From IMG/VR virus record IMGVR_UViG_3300034355_000834: 20,000 nucleotides of DNA; one strand, written 5' to 3'. A model generated the notes under the pieces. That model made no database searches. It saw only the letters and a program-made list of their open reading frames with translations, and had not been told where the DNA came from. This document shows positions 10,021 through 17,097 of the stretch, piece after piece. Each line of letters opens with the position of its first letter. The stretch's first letter is position 1. The stretch is from an uncultured virus (IMG/VR IMGVR_UViG_3300034355_000834). Its lineage: Duplodnaviria > Heunggongvirae > Uroviricota > Caudoviricetes. Made by a program: the position numbers and the translations under genes.

Positions 10021-11430
10021 ATGATTACACTACGCGATTATCAGACCGAGACTCTAAACAACATTATTGCTGCTATCTATGCTGGCAACGGTTCAGTTAG
10101 CGGCAGAGTGGTTATCCCAACTGGTGGCGGCAAGACATTTCTTGAAGCTGCTGCATTGCATCACCAAATGAGTGAAAATTCAGAATCACGCATTCATTTG
10201 GTGCTTGCTCCTCGCATTCTACTCGTTAACCAACTGATTGATGAATACCGCAAATTCGCAAGCAACGGATTTAACGTAGCAGCATTTCACTCCGGTGAAT
10301 ATGAGCCGGATGCACAAAGTCTTTCTGTTCTCGGCAATGTTCCAACGACCACTTGCAAGGCAGATATTCTTGAAGCCTTGGATAATGCAAAATTCAGAAA
10401 TCGCGATCTCGTGGTATTCAGCACATATCATTCTTGCGGAAGATTGGCGGGAATTAATTTCGACACGATGATTGCAGACGAGAGTCAATTCTGCGTTGCC
10501 GAAGGTTTTCACGTAGACGTGATGAATGTTTCCGCTCGCGTAAAGTTATATTTTACTGCCACCGAAAAGCACACAGCATCATGCCTCGGACGAGGTCTCA
10601 ATAATGAAATCGCTTATGGCAAAAAACTTTCTAATGTAACTGCCGACATGTTGGTTGCAAAGGGAGTAATTCTACCGCCGAGAATGCACATCGCTCATTG
10701 CGAAGTAAACGAGGAAGTGGAAGATCCAACTTTGGATAAGGTTATTGAGATTGCAACAAAACAACATGAACTATCAGAGGACTTGGGATTCAGCAAAATA
10801 ATCTTCGCAATGAATGGCACAAATGCTGTTCGCACAATTGAGGAGAATGCCAAAATTTTGAAGAGTAAATTCCCAGATCACGATATCTTTTGCATCACTT
10901 CAAAATTTGGTTCCAGCATAAACGGCGTTGAGACAAATCGTTCTGCATTTATGGAAATTATGCGAGATTGCCAATCTGCTTTAATTTTTCATTACGATAT
11001 TCTCAGTGAGGGTATTGATATTGATGGCATCACCGGGGTTGCGTTGCTGAGAGGCATGGACCAAACGAAGTTGCAACAGACTATTGGCAGAGCAGTTCGC
11101 CTTTATAAGAAAGCACCTGAGCTAAAAACTTGCGCATGGGTATCGGTTCCTGTGGTAAACGGCAACGAAGATGATTTAGCCAATGTATATCGGGTAGTTC
11201 ATGCCATTCGTGAAGGTGGATATGACCTGAGCTATGATGAAGTAGTTATCACTAGCCCAGTTCATATTCCAGAATCTGATCCGATTGAAAACGCTTATGG
11301 CGATGATCCAAAGAAATCTGCCACCACTCATATTGAAAATATCTTTCATGAGATTGAATTGGGAGCGTATTGGGATAAAGTAGCAAAAAGCGAAACTTTT
11401 GATGATTTAATCTCTAGTCTTGACTTTTAA
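10021..11430 (+). CDS. SF2 helicase/ATPase of restriction-enzyme (ResIII / Type ISP-like) type, no fused nuclease
   Basis: Q-motif LRDYQ, Walker A PTGGGKT, LAPRILL, STYHS, Walker B IADESQ, TAT, EGIDI, QTIGRAVR. Confidence 0.85.
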   Translation: MITLRDYQTETLNNIIAAIYAGNGSVSGRVVIPTGGGKTFLEAAALHHQMSENSESRIHLVLAPRILLVNQLIDEYRKFASNGFNVAAFHSGEYEPDAQSLSVLGNVPTTTCKADILEALDNAKFRNRDLVVFSTYHSCGRLAGINFDTMIADESQFCVAEGFHVDVMNVSARVKLYFTATEKHTASCLGRGLNNEIAYGKKLSNVTADMLVAKGVILPPRMHIAHCEVNEEVEDPTLDKVIEIATKQHELSEDLGFSKIIFAMNGTNAVRTIEENAKILKSKFPDHDIFCITSKFGSSINGVETNRSAFMEIMRDCQSALIFHYDILSEGIDIDGITGVALLRGMDQTKLQQTIGRAVRLYKKAPELKTCAWVSVPVVNGNEDDLANVYRVVHAIREGGYDLSYDEVVITSPVHIPESDPIENAYGDDPKKSATTHIENIFHEIELGAYWDKVAKSETFDDLISSLDF

Positions 11431-11447
11431 ATTTAATTCTGTATAAT
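11420..11447 (+). promoter_or_regulatory. Phage early sigma70-type promoter (copy 2)
   Basis: TTGACT-16 nt-TATAAT with the TTCTGTATAAT core; GAGGA SD before ATG 11473. Confidence 0.75.
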
Positions 11448-11472
11448 AGCCACTTCACTTAACGAGGATTTT

Positions 11473-12516
11473 ATGAATAACTTTGCAAATCACGACACAC
11501 TATCAAAACTGTACAAGGTGATTGATGTTGCCCCACCACACCTACGTTATGATGATAGCCACAATGTCCGCACTCCCAAGAAGCTAGTACACGAAATCTT
11601 GGACCAAGTGGATGTTCACAATAAAACCATTTTAGTCATATTCAATGTTGAATGGATGTTCTCGTTGGTGTATCATTATGGCGTGAACCCAAAGAACATA
11701 ACGTTCTACTCGGATCATTGGATAAAGTCCGAGTACGCCAAGCGTATTGGCATTGAAGTAATAAATAGCTTAATGATAGATAGAAAATTTGATATTGTAG
11801 TGGGTAATCCGCCTTTCTCAAAAGGTAAACAATTGCTTTATCCTCAATTTTTTAAGGATTCATTGGATTTAGCCGAACTTGTGGTAATGATTATGCCATA
11901 TAATATATTAGCCGGAGGAAAGGTAAAATCACATAACAAATTGCTAAAAACTCATTCAATTAGTATTTCAGAAAATATAACAAATCATTTTAAAAATGTT
12001 GGCGTAGTTGACATGAGATATATTATTGCATCCAAAGATCAAATCAATGATATTGTCGACAATTCTTTTCAGTATGAAGAAATACTGCCCGATAACACAA
12101 GGCTACCGACTCCCATAAGAGGAATGAGTGGTCTTTCTACACCAAAGAATGAAGACCCCGACGGAGTAACAGGAATTTACGCCATACACAGAGGAAATAA
12201 GGCAATATGTAAAAAATACAGAACTGAGGTTGCCGCGCAAGTAAGAAAACCGATGAATTCAACTAGCCCTTGGTTCGTTTTGATTAGCATGAATCCGTAT
12301 AAGGGACTTTTTAATACTGCTGTTATAAAAAATGACGGAATGATTTGGAGTGGAAAAGTATATGCATTTGAATCTTCATCCGAAGATGAAGCAAACAAGT
12401 TAGCAGAATGGTTAGTATCAGATGTTATTCAACAAGAAGTGAGAAAATTCCTGGAAGAGAAAAAAACTTATGCCATTTCCCAAGAAATGATTAAAAAATT
12501 ACCCAACTACAAGTAA
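11473..12516 (+). CDS. N6-adenine MTase-fold / target-recognition protein, full-length copy (cassette 1)
   Basis: Motif X-like VRTPKKLVHEIL and motif IV KFDIVVGNPPF, followed by a variable C-terminal domain. Has its own promoter and SD. No clear glycine-rich motif I. Confidence 0.75.
   Translation: MNNFANHDTLSKLYKVIDVAPPHLRYDDSHNVRTPKKLVHEILDQVDVHNKTILVIFNVEWMFSLVYHYGVNPKNITFYSDHWIKSEYAKRIGIEVINSLMIDRKFDIVVGNPPFSKGKQLLYPQFFKDSLDLAELVVMIMPYNILAGGKVKSHNKLLKTHSISISENITNHFKNVGVVDMRYIIASKDQINDIVDNSFQYEEILPDNTRLPTPIRGMSGLSTPKNEDPDGVTGIYAIHRGNKAICKKYRTEVAAQVRKPMNSTSPWFVLISMNPYKGLFNTAVIKNDGMIWSGKVYAFESSSEDEANKLAEWLVSDVIQQEVRKFLEEKKTYAISQEMIKKLPNYK
11764..11817 (+). repeat. 54-bp cassette-start repeat, copy 1 (internal to the full-length gene)
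   Basis: aatagcttaatgatagatagaaaatttgatattgtagtgggtaatccgcctttc; other copies at 12544, 13511 and 14294. Confidence 0.95.
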
Positions 12517-12525
12517 AAACTAAAC

Positions 12526-12539
12526 GGACATGGATGTCC
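12526..12539 (+). repeat. GGACA-TGGA-TGTCC hairpin before cassette 2
   Basis: 5-bp stem with 4-nt loop; identical copies at 13493-13506 and 14276-14289. Confidence 0.9.
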
Positions 12540-12540
12540 T

Positions 12541-13476
12541 TTGAATAGCTTAATGATAGATAGAAAATTTGATATTGTAGTGAGTAATCCGCCTTTCCAA
12601 AAAACGGTAAACGGTCAGAGATTTCATGCAGCCGCGAATCATTGGCCAGAATTCGTAGTTAAAGCTGAAGCACTGACAAACACTGACGGTGTATTCGCTC
12701 TAATCACACCGAATGGTTGGATGACGCCATCCGCCGATGTTGGGAAGGGGAAAGGAGGAATTCGCATTTACGATTATTTACGAAATTATAAAACAATTTC
12801 AATAAACATCGATGAATGCGGTAGGCACTTTAAAGACTATGCGTCATCATTTACTTACTTCATCATCCAAAAAACAGAAGGAACATCCGATTTAACAAAA
12901 ATAGTAACGAAGGATTCTGAATTTAATGCGAACATAACGGATGTAGAATATTTCCCATCAATGGTTAATCCAATATCACTATCGTTGAATAAAAAAATTC
13001 TGCGAGGCAAACCTATTGGATTTACAAACAACAATACAGCAGAATCATTAAAGTTTGGCAAAGATATTACTGAAGTTCCATCAATTGATCATGGTGTAAA
13101 GTGCTATCACAGCTCTGCAAAGACGGGAACATATGTTTATTCATCTTATACCTCTTGCGCAGTGTCCAAGAAAAAAGTAATGGTATGCAGTTCAGGAACC
13201 TTTCTACCGATATATGATCAAGGAGTTTTGGGGTTTACCAATAAAATTTACGTATATTATTTAACAAATAACGAGAACCTGAACTCAATAAAAAGTTATC
13301 TTGAGAGTAAATTGATCAAAGCAATACTATCATTCAATAAAACATCTGGGTGGACAAGTTATGCCCTAAGAGTATTGCCCAAGGTTGATTTTACGAAAAA
13401 TTGGACCGACGAAGAGTTATACGCGCACTTCAACCTAACCCAAGAGGAGATTGATCTGATTGAGGCATCAGTTTAA
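12541..13476 (+). CDS. N-truncated MTase/TRD cassette 2 (different C-terminal type, Eco57I/TaqI-C-like)
   Basis: Starts TTG + NSLMIDRKFDIVVSNPPF, then WPEFV...GVFALITPNGW; ends DFTKNWTDEELYAHFNLTQEEIDLIE. Not alignable by eye to cassettes 1, 3 and 4 after the repeat. Confidence 0.75.
   Translation: MNSLMIDRKFDIVVSNPPFQKTVNGQRFHAAANHWPEFVVKAEALTNTDGVFALITPNGWMTPSADVGKGKGGIRIYDYLRNYKTISINIDECGRHFKDYASSFTYFIIQKTEGTSDLTKIVTKDSEFNANITDVEYFPSMVNPISLSLNKKILRGKPIGFTNNNTAESLKFGKDITEVPSIDHGVKCYHSSAKTGTYVYSSYTSCAVSKKKVMVCSSGTFLPIYDQGVLGFTNKIYVYYLTNNENLNSIKSYLESKLIKAILSFNKTSGWTSYALRVLPKVDFTKNWTDEELYAHFNLTQEEIDLIEASV
12544..12597 (+). repeat. 54-bp cassette-start repeat, copy 2
   Basis: One substitution versus copy 1 (GGT to AGT). 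Confidence 0.95.
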
Positions 13477-13492
13477 CAACTCTGGATTTAAT

Positions 13493-13506
13493 GGACATGG
13501 ATGTCC
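13493..13506 (+). repeat. GGACA-TGGA-TGTCC hairpin before cassette 3
   Basis: Identical 14-mer, preceded by a different upstream spacer. Confidence 0.9.
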
Positions 13507-13507
13507 T

Positions 13508-14266
13508 TTGAATAGCTTAATGATGGATAGAAAATTTGATATTGTAGTGGGTAATCCGCCTTTCTCAAAAGGTAAACAATTGCTTTATCCTCAATTTTTT
13601 AAGGATTCATTGGATTTAGCCGAACTTGTGGTAATGATTATGCCTTACAGCGAAAATTCAAACGGAGTGAAGGTAAAATCACATAACAAATTGCTAAAAA
13701 CTCATTCAATTAGTATTTCAGAAAATATAACAAATCATTTTAAAAATGTTGGCGTATCCGATATGAGATATATCTTTGCATCCAAAGATCAAATCAATGA
13801 TATCGTCGACAATTCTTTTCAATATGAAGAAATACTACCCGATAACGCAAGGCTACCGACTCCCATAAGAGGAATGATTGGACTCAACATGCGAATAAAC
13901 GAAGATCCAGCGGGTGTAACCGGGATTTACACTATACACAGAGGCAACAAGGTAATAATAAAAAAATATAAACCAGAGGTCGCTAATAAAGTAAAAAAGT
14001 CCATGAATTCAACTAGCCCTTGGTTCGTTTTGATTCAAGAAAATCCGTCTAGGGGACGCTTTAATACCACTGTTATAAAAAATGACGGAATGATTTGGGG
14101 TTCTAAAATATTCGCGTTGGAATCCAACACCGAAGATGAAGCAAACAAGTTAGCAGAATGGTTAGTATCAGATGTTATTCAACAAGAAGTGAGAAAATTC
14201 CTGGAAGAGAAAAAAACTTATGCCATTTCCCAAGAAATGATTAAAAAATTACCCAACTACAAGTAA
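13508..14266 (+). CDS. N-truncated MTase/TRD cassette 3 (paralog of cassette 1 C-terminus)
   Basis: TTG at 13508 is equivalent to the starts of cassettes 2 and 4. NPPF motif; near-identical to cassette 1 apart from discrete patches. Confidence 0.75.
   Translation: MNSLMMDRKFDIVVGNPPFSKGKQLLYPQFFKDSLDLAELVVMIMPYSENSNGVKVKSHNKLLKTHSISISENITNHFKNVGVSDMRYIFASKDQINDIVDNSFQYEEILPDNARLPTPIRGMIGLNMRINEDPAGVTGIYTIHRGNKVIIKKYKPEVANKVKKSMNSTSPWFVLIQENPSRGRFNTTVIKNDGMIWGSKIFALESNTEDEANKLAEWLVSDVIQQEVRKFLEEKKTYAISQEMIKKLPNYK
13511..13564 (+). repeat. 54-bp cassette-start repeat, copy 3
   Basis: One substitution versus copy 1 (ATA to ATG). Confidence 0.95.
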
Positions 14267-14275
14267 AAACTAAAC

Positions 14276-14289
14276 GGACATGGATGTCC
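14276..14289 (+). repeat. GGACA-TGGA-TGTCC hairpin before cassette 4
   Basis: Identical 14-mer. Confidence 0.9.
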
Positions 14290-14290
14290 T

Positions 14291-15046
14291 TTGAATAGCT
14301 TAATGATAGATAGAAAATTTGATATTGTAGTGGGTAATCCGCCTTTCTCAAAAGGTAAACAATTGCTTTATCCTCAATTTTTTAAGGATTCATTGGATTT
14401 AGCCGAACTTGTGGTAATGATTATGCCATATAATATATTAGCCGGAGGAAAGGTAAAATCACATAACAAATTGCTAAAAACTCATTCAATTAGTATTTCA
14501 GAAAATATAACAAATCATTTTAAAAATGTTGGCGTACCGGATATGAGATATATTATTGCATCTAAAGATCAAATCAATGATATCGTCGAGGATTCTTTTC
14601 AATATGAAGAAATACTACCCGATAACGCAAGGCTACCGACTCCCATAAGAGGAATGATCAGCCTCACTGCCTCTATAAATCAAGACCCCAATGGCGTAAC
14701 GGGAATTTACGCCATACACAGAGGCAACAAGATAATTTATAAAAAATACAGAACTGAAGTTACAAAGCAAGTAAAAAAGTCGATGAATTCAACTAGCCCT
14801 TGGTTCGTTTTACTCAACACCGAGCCGTCCAAAGGACTTTTTAATACTGCTGTTATAAAAAATGACGGAATTTTATGGTGCCACAAAGTTCTCGCGCTTG
14901 AATCTTCATCCGAGGATGAAGCAAATAAGTTGGCAGAATGGTTAGTATCAGATGTTATTCAACAAGAAGTGAGGAAATTGCTTAAAGTCAAGGGGTCATA
15001 TACCATTTCCCAAGAAATGATTAAAAAATTACCCAACTACAAGTAA
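14291..15046 (+). CDS. N-truncated MTase/TRD cassette 4 (paralog of cassette 1 C-terminus)
   Basis: TTG start, NPPF motif; the first 243 bp after the TTG are identical to cassette 1. Confidence 0.75.
   Translation: MNSLMIDRKFDIVVGNPPFSKGKQLLYPQFFKDSLDLAELVVMIMPYNILAGGKVKSHNKLLKTHSISISENITNHFKNVGVPDMRYIIASKDQINDIVEDSFQYEEILPDNARLPTPIRGMISLTASINQDPNGVTGIYAIHRGNKIIYKKYRTEVTKQVKKSMNSTSPWFVLLNTEPSKGLFNTAVIKNDGILWCHKVLALESSSEDEANKLAEWLVSDVIQQEVRKLLKVKGSYTISQEMIKKLPNYK
14294..14347 (+). repeat. 54-bp cassette-start repeat, copy 4
   Basis: Identical to copy 1. Confidence 0.95.
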
Positions 15047-15580
15047 AAACTAAACAACAAAATTTCAACAAACAACACCAGAGGACTCATGTACCATAGA
15101 TTCAAGTATATTTGTTACGATAAGGATAAACTCCTTAAAGGATGTAAAAAATTAAGCACATTTATGAATCGGTTGGATAAACAAAGCAAGGAAGAACACG
15201 GAATGGGATGGACTTCAGACAAGTACAAAGGAGAGGGCTTTGAAGCGTTCATTGAGGTCCTCATCAAAAATAGTCCAATTGATAAGCGAATCAACATCAA
15301 AAATTATCGCCCACATTCTGTAAAAAAGAATGGACCAGATATGGGCATTGATGGATATGGCATCTCTCATGACGGGAATCCTCACACTGTTCAGATTAAA
15401 TTCCGAAGTTTAGTAATGGAGGATTTAACCACAAAAGACGCCATATCAAATTTCGTCGCTACTACTGCCGCGAATCCAAAATATAAAGATGCCGATATGA
15501 CTATTTTTACCACAGCGGCAGGTCTAAATTTTAAATTAGCGGACAAAATGTATCATAATCGCGTGAGAACAATTGGATAC

Positions 15581-16050
15581 TTGGCATCCCCGCCTGTCAT
15601 ACCTTCACTCGGTGTCCTACCTCGTTTGGTAAGACCTCGTTTTATATCCGATAGACTTCTTGAGTTCTACGTTTCATCGGTATCTCAATTACTCACGGAT
15701 ATTAAATCTGCAATAATTGAGGTTATTCATACCTCCACGTGCATTAATTCGGACGTACCCCGCCCTATTGCCGTTAGGCCTTGCGATTTTAATAATATCG
15801 CTACAATTACGAGCATATACTACCCGGGCATCCCATGAGTGCTTATTTCATCACCCAATTGCTACGCCACTGTTTTTATTTATCAGTTCTTCAACTGATG
15901 TGATAATTTTATCATTACCTGACCAAGAAGTCAAGTGTTTTTTATCTGAGAAACGGCGGGGATAACCACCTCTATGCCCCAAAACGTCCTGCTACGCAAT
16001 GACTCGCCGAATATGCGTTTGGGGGTCGTCGTACATCCTTGTACTCCTTC
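15581..16050 (-). mobile_element. 470-bp non-autonomous insertion, probably an IS200/IS605/IS607 (TnpB-associated) derivative
   Basis: Precise gene interruption without a target-site duplication. The minus strand ends GGCGGGGATGCCAA and carries AGGGCGGGGTACGTCCGAATTAATGCACGTGGAG...CCGATGAAACGTAGAA, resembling a tnpB 3' end/omegaRNA scaffold. 9-bp inverted repeat at 15586-15594 / 15955-15963. Confidence 0.6.
15906..15934 (-). promoter_or_regulatory. Sigma70 promoter inside the insertion, firing leftward
   Basis: Minus strand TTGACT-17 nt-TAAAAT with extended -10 TG. Confidence 0.65.
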
Positions 16051-16122
16051 GAAGAATTATCTGATCTGGTAGATAACAATCAATCATTTTGGGAATCCTT
16101 CAGAAAAGAACTAACATAATAG

Positions 16123-16151
16123 TTGACAACATAAAAATTTTTCTGTATAAT
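16123..16151 (+). promoter_or_regulatory. Phage early sigma70-type promoter (copy 3)
   Basis: TTGACA-17 nt-TATAAT with the TTCTGTATAAT core; GAGGA SD downstream. Confidence 0.85.
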
Positions 16152-16178
16152 TGTCTTCCTTAACTATCGAGGAAGACA

Positions 16179-16571
16179 ATGTCTAAATTATACTTCGCTT
16201 ATGGGGCGAATATCAACAAGGATTCAATGAGGATTCGTTGCCCCGATGCTCAACCAATTCGTCCCATTATTCTTCGTGATTGGGAACTTGTTTTTTACAG
16301 TCATGCATCGGTTGAACCAAAGAATGGCGCGATTGTTCACGGTGTTCTTTGGGAGATTACACCAGAATGCGAAGAATCCCTTGATATATACGAGGGATTT
16401 CCCATCTATTACACCAAGGTAGATTATATTCAAGATGATGAAGAGTTCTTTTTTTACGAGATGAACGGCCATCGTTCTGGAACACCATCACCGAGATACG
16501 TCAATGATATCAATGATGCCTATAAATCATGGGGCATTGATCATCATATCGCCGTGAATAATTATTTTTGA
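16179..16571 (+). CDS. Gamma-glutamylcyclotransferase (GGCT/AIG2-like) family protein
   Basis: LYFAYGANIN, VHGVLWEI, LDIYEG.P..Y and PSPRY motifs. Confidence 0.85.
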   Translation: MSKLYFAYGANINKDSMRIRCPDAQPIRPIILRDWELVFYSHASVEPKNGAIVHGVLWEITPECEESLDIYEGFPIYYTKVDYIQDDEEFFFYEMNGHRSGTPSPRYVNDINDAYKSWGIDHHIAVNNYF

Positions 16572-16578
16572 ATAATCA

Positions 16579-16606
16579 TTGACATTCTCAAATCTTTCTG
16601 TATAAT
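16579..16606 (+). promoter_or_regulatory. Phage early sigma70-type promoter (copy 4)
   Basis: TTGACA-16 nt-TATAAT with the TTCTGTATAAT core. Confidence 0.8.
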
Positions 16607-16643
16607 ACGCATTTCTTAAATTACTTTAATCGGAAACAACATC

Positions 16644-17081
16644 ATGAATACAAAAATCATCATTGCATCGGTTCTTGCATCTACGCTCATCGGTTGCGGA
16701 GAAGATAAGGTCACCAATAATGATCCAATAATGGTAAGAAGTGCAAAAATGTCCAGCCTATGCCATGGTTATTATGCTAATCTGATTGATTATTTGGATG
16801 ACAATGGAAACATCTTCAATGACCAAAAGAACCTAAAGACTATCGCAGAAAAAATCAACGAGGTGTACGAAGATTCTCTTGATAATTTTTTGAATGAGGG
16901 AGCTATTACTGATAAAATCATCGCCGAAGATATGGAAAAAGCGAAAACCGCATTTGCAACCTCTTCAGCAGATGCAGTAAAAATGTATGATTCAGCACAT
17001 ACTCCATGTGGCACCAACGTAACGAACATTCTATCACCACAAGAATTCTTGAAACTAAGCGATAGTTGGAAAGAAGATTAA
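16644..17081 (+). CDS. Putative lipoprotein
   Basis: Signal peptide MNTKIIIASVLASTLIG followed by Cys18 (LIGC lipobox). Confidence 0.7.
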   Translation: MNTKIIIASVLASTLIGCGEDKVTNNDPIMVRSAKMSSLCHGYYANLIDYLDDNGNIFNDQKNLKTIAEKINEVYEDSLDNFLNEGAITDKIIAEDMEKAKTAFATSSADAVKMYDSAHTPCGTNVTNILSPQEFLKLSDSWKED

Positions 17082-17097
17082 ATCTATCTCTCTTCTT

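Larger units (their letters stand above)
15089..16119 (+). pseudogene. Mrr-like PD-(D/E)xK endonuclease interrupted by an insertion (segments 15089-15580 and 16051-16119)
   Basis: KGEGFEAFIE...DMGIDGYG...TVQIKF motifs. Removing 15581-16050 gives an in-frame ...RVRTIGY|EELSDLVDNNQSFWESFRKELT* that ends at the next promoter. Confidence 0.7.

Noticed and set aside
11760..11767. AATAAATA late-promoter-like motif at the cassette junction
   Set aside because: Short AT-rich match inside coding sequence, expected by chance in this genome.
13460..13507. N-terminal extension of cassette 3 given in the ORF track
   Set aside because: It overlaps the end of cassette 2 and the spacer hairpin. The homologous start is TTG 13508.
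11764..14347. CRISPR array or integron cassette array
   Set aside because: The repeats are coding and 780-970 bp apart. There are no cas genes, no integrase and no attC-like GTTRRRY/RYYYAAC structure.
11764..15046. Diversity-generating retroelement (TR/VR) explanation for the repeats
   Set aside because: Differences are not adenine-specific, include indels, and there is no reverse transcriptase in the window.
11473..15046. Invertible shufflon
   Set aside because: All repeats are in direct orientation and no invertase is present.
15581..15965. C-terminal 85 aa of ORF 15089-15838 and ORF 15717-15965 as real coding sequence
   Set aside because: Both are read-through into, or lie within, the inserted element.
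15581..16050. Plus-strand group I or group II intron in the nuclease gene
   Set aside because: U|...G| junctions adjacent to the boundaries create a TAA stop, and there is no GUGYG start or domain V. Recognisable features lie on the opposite strand.
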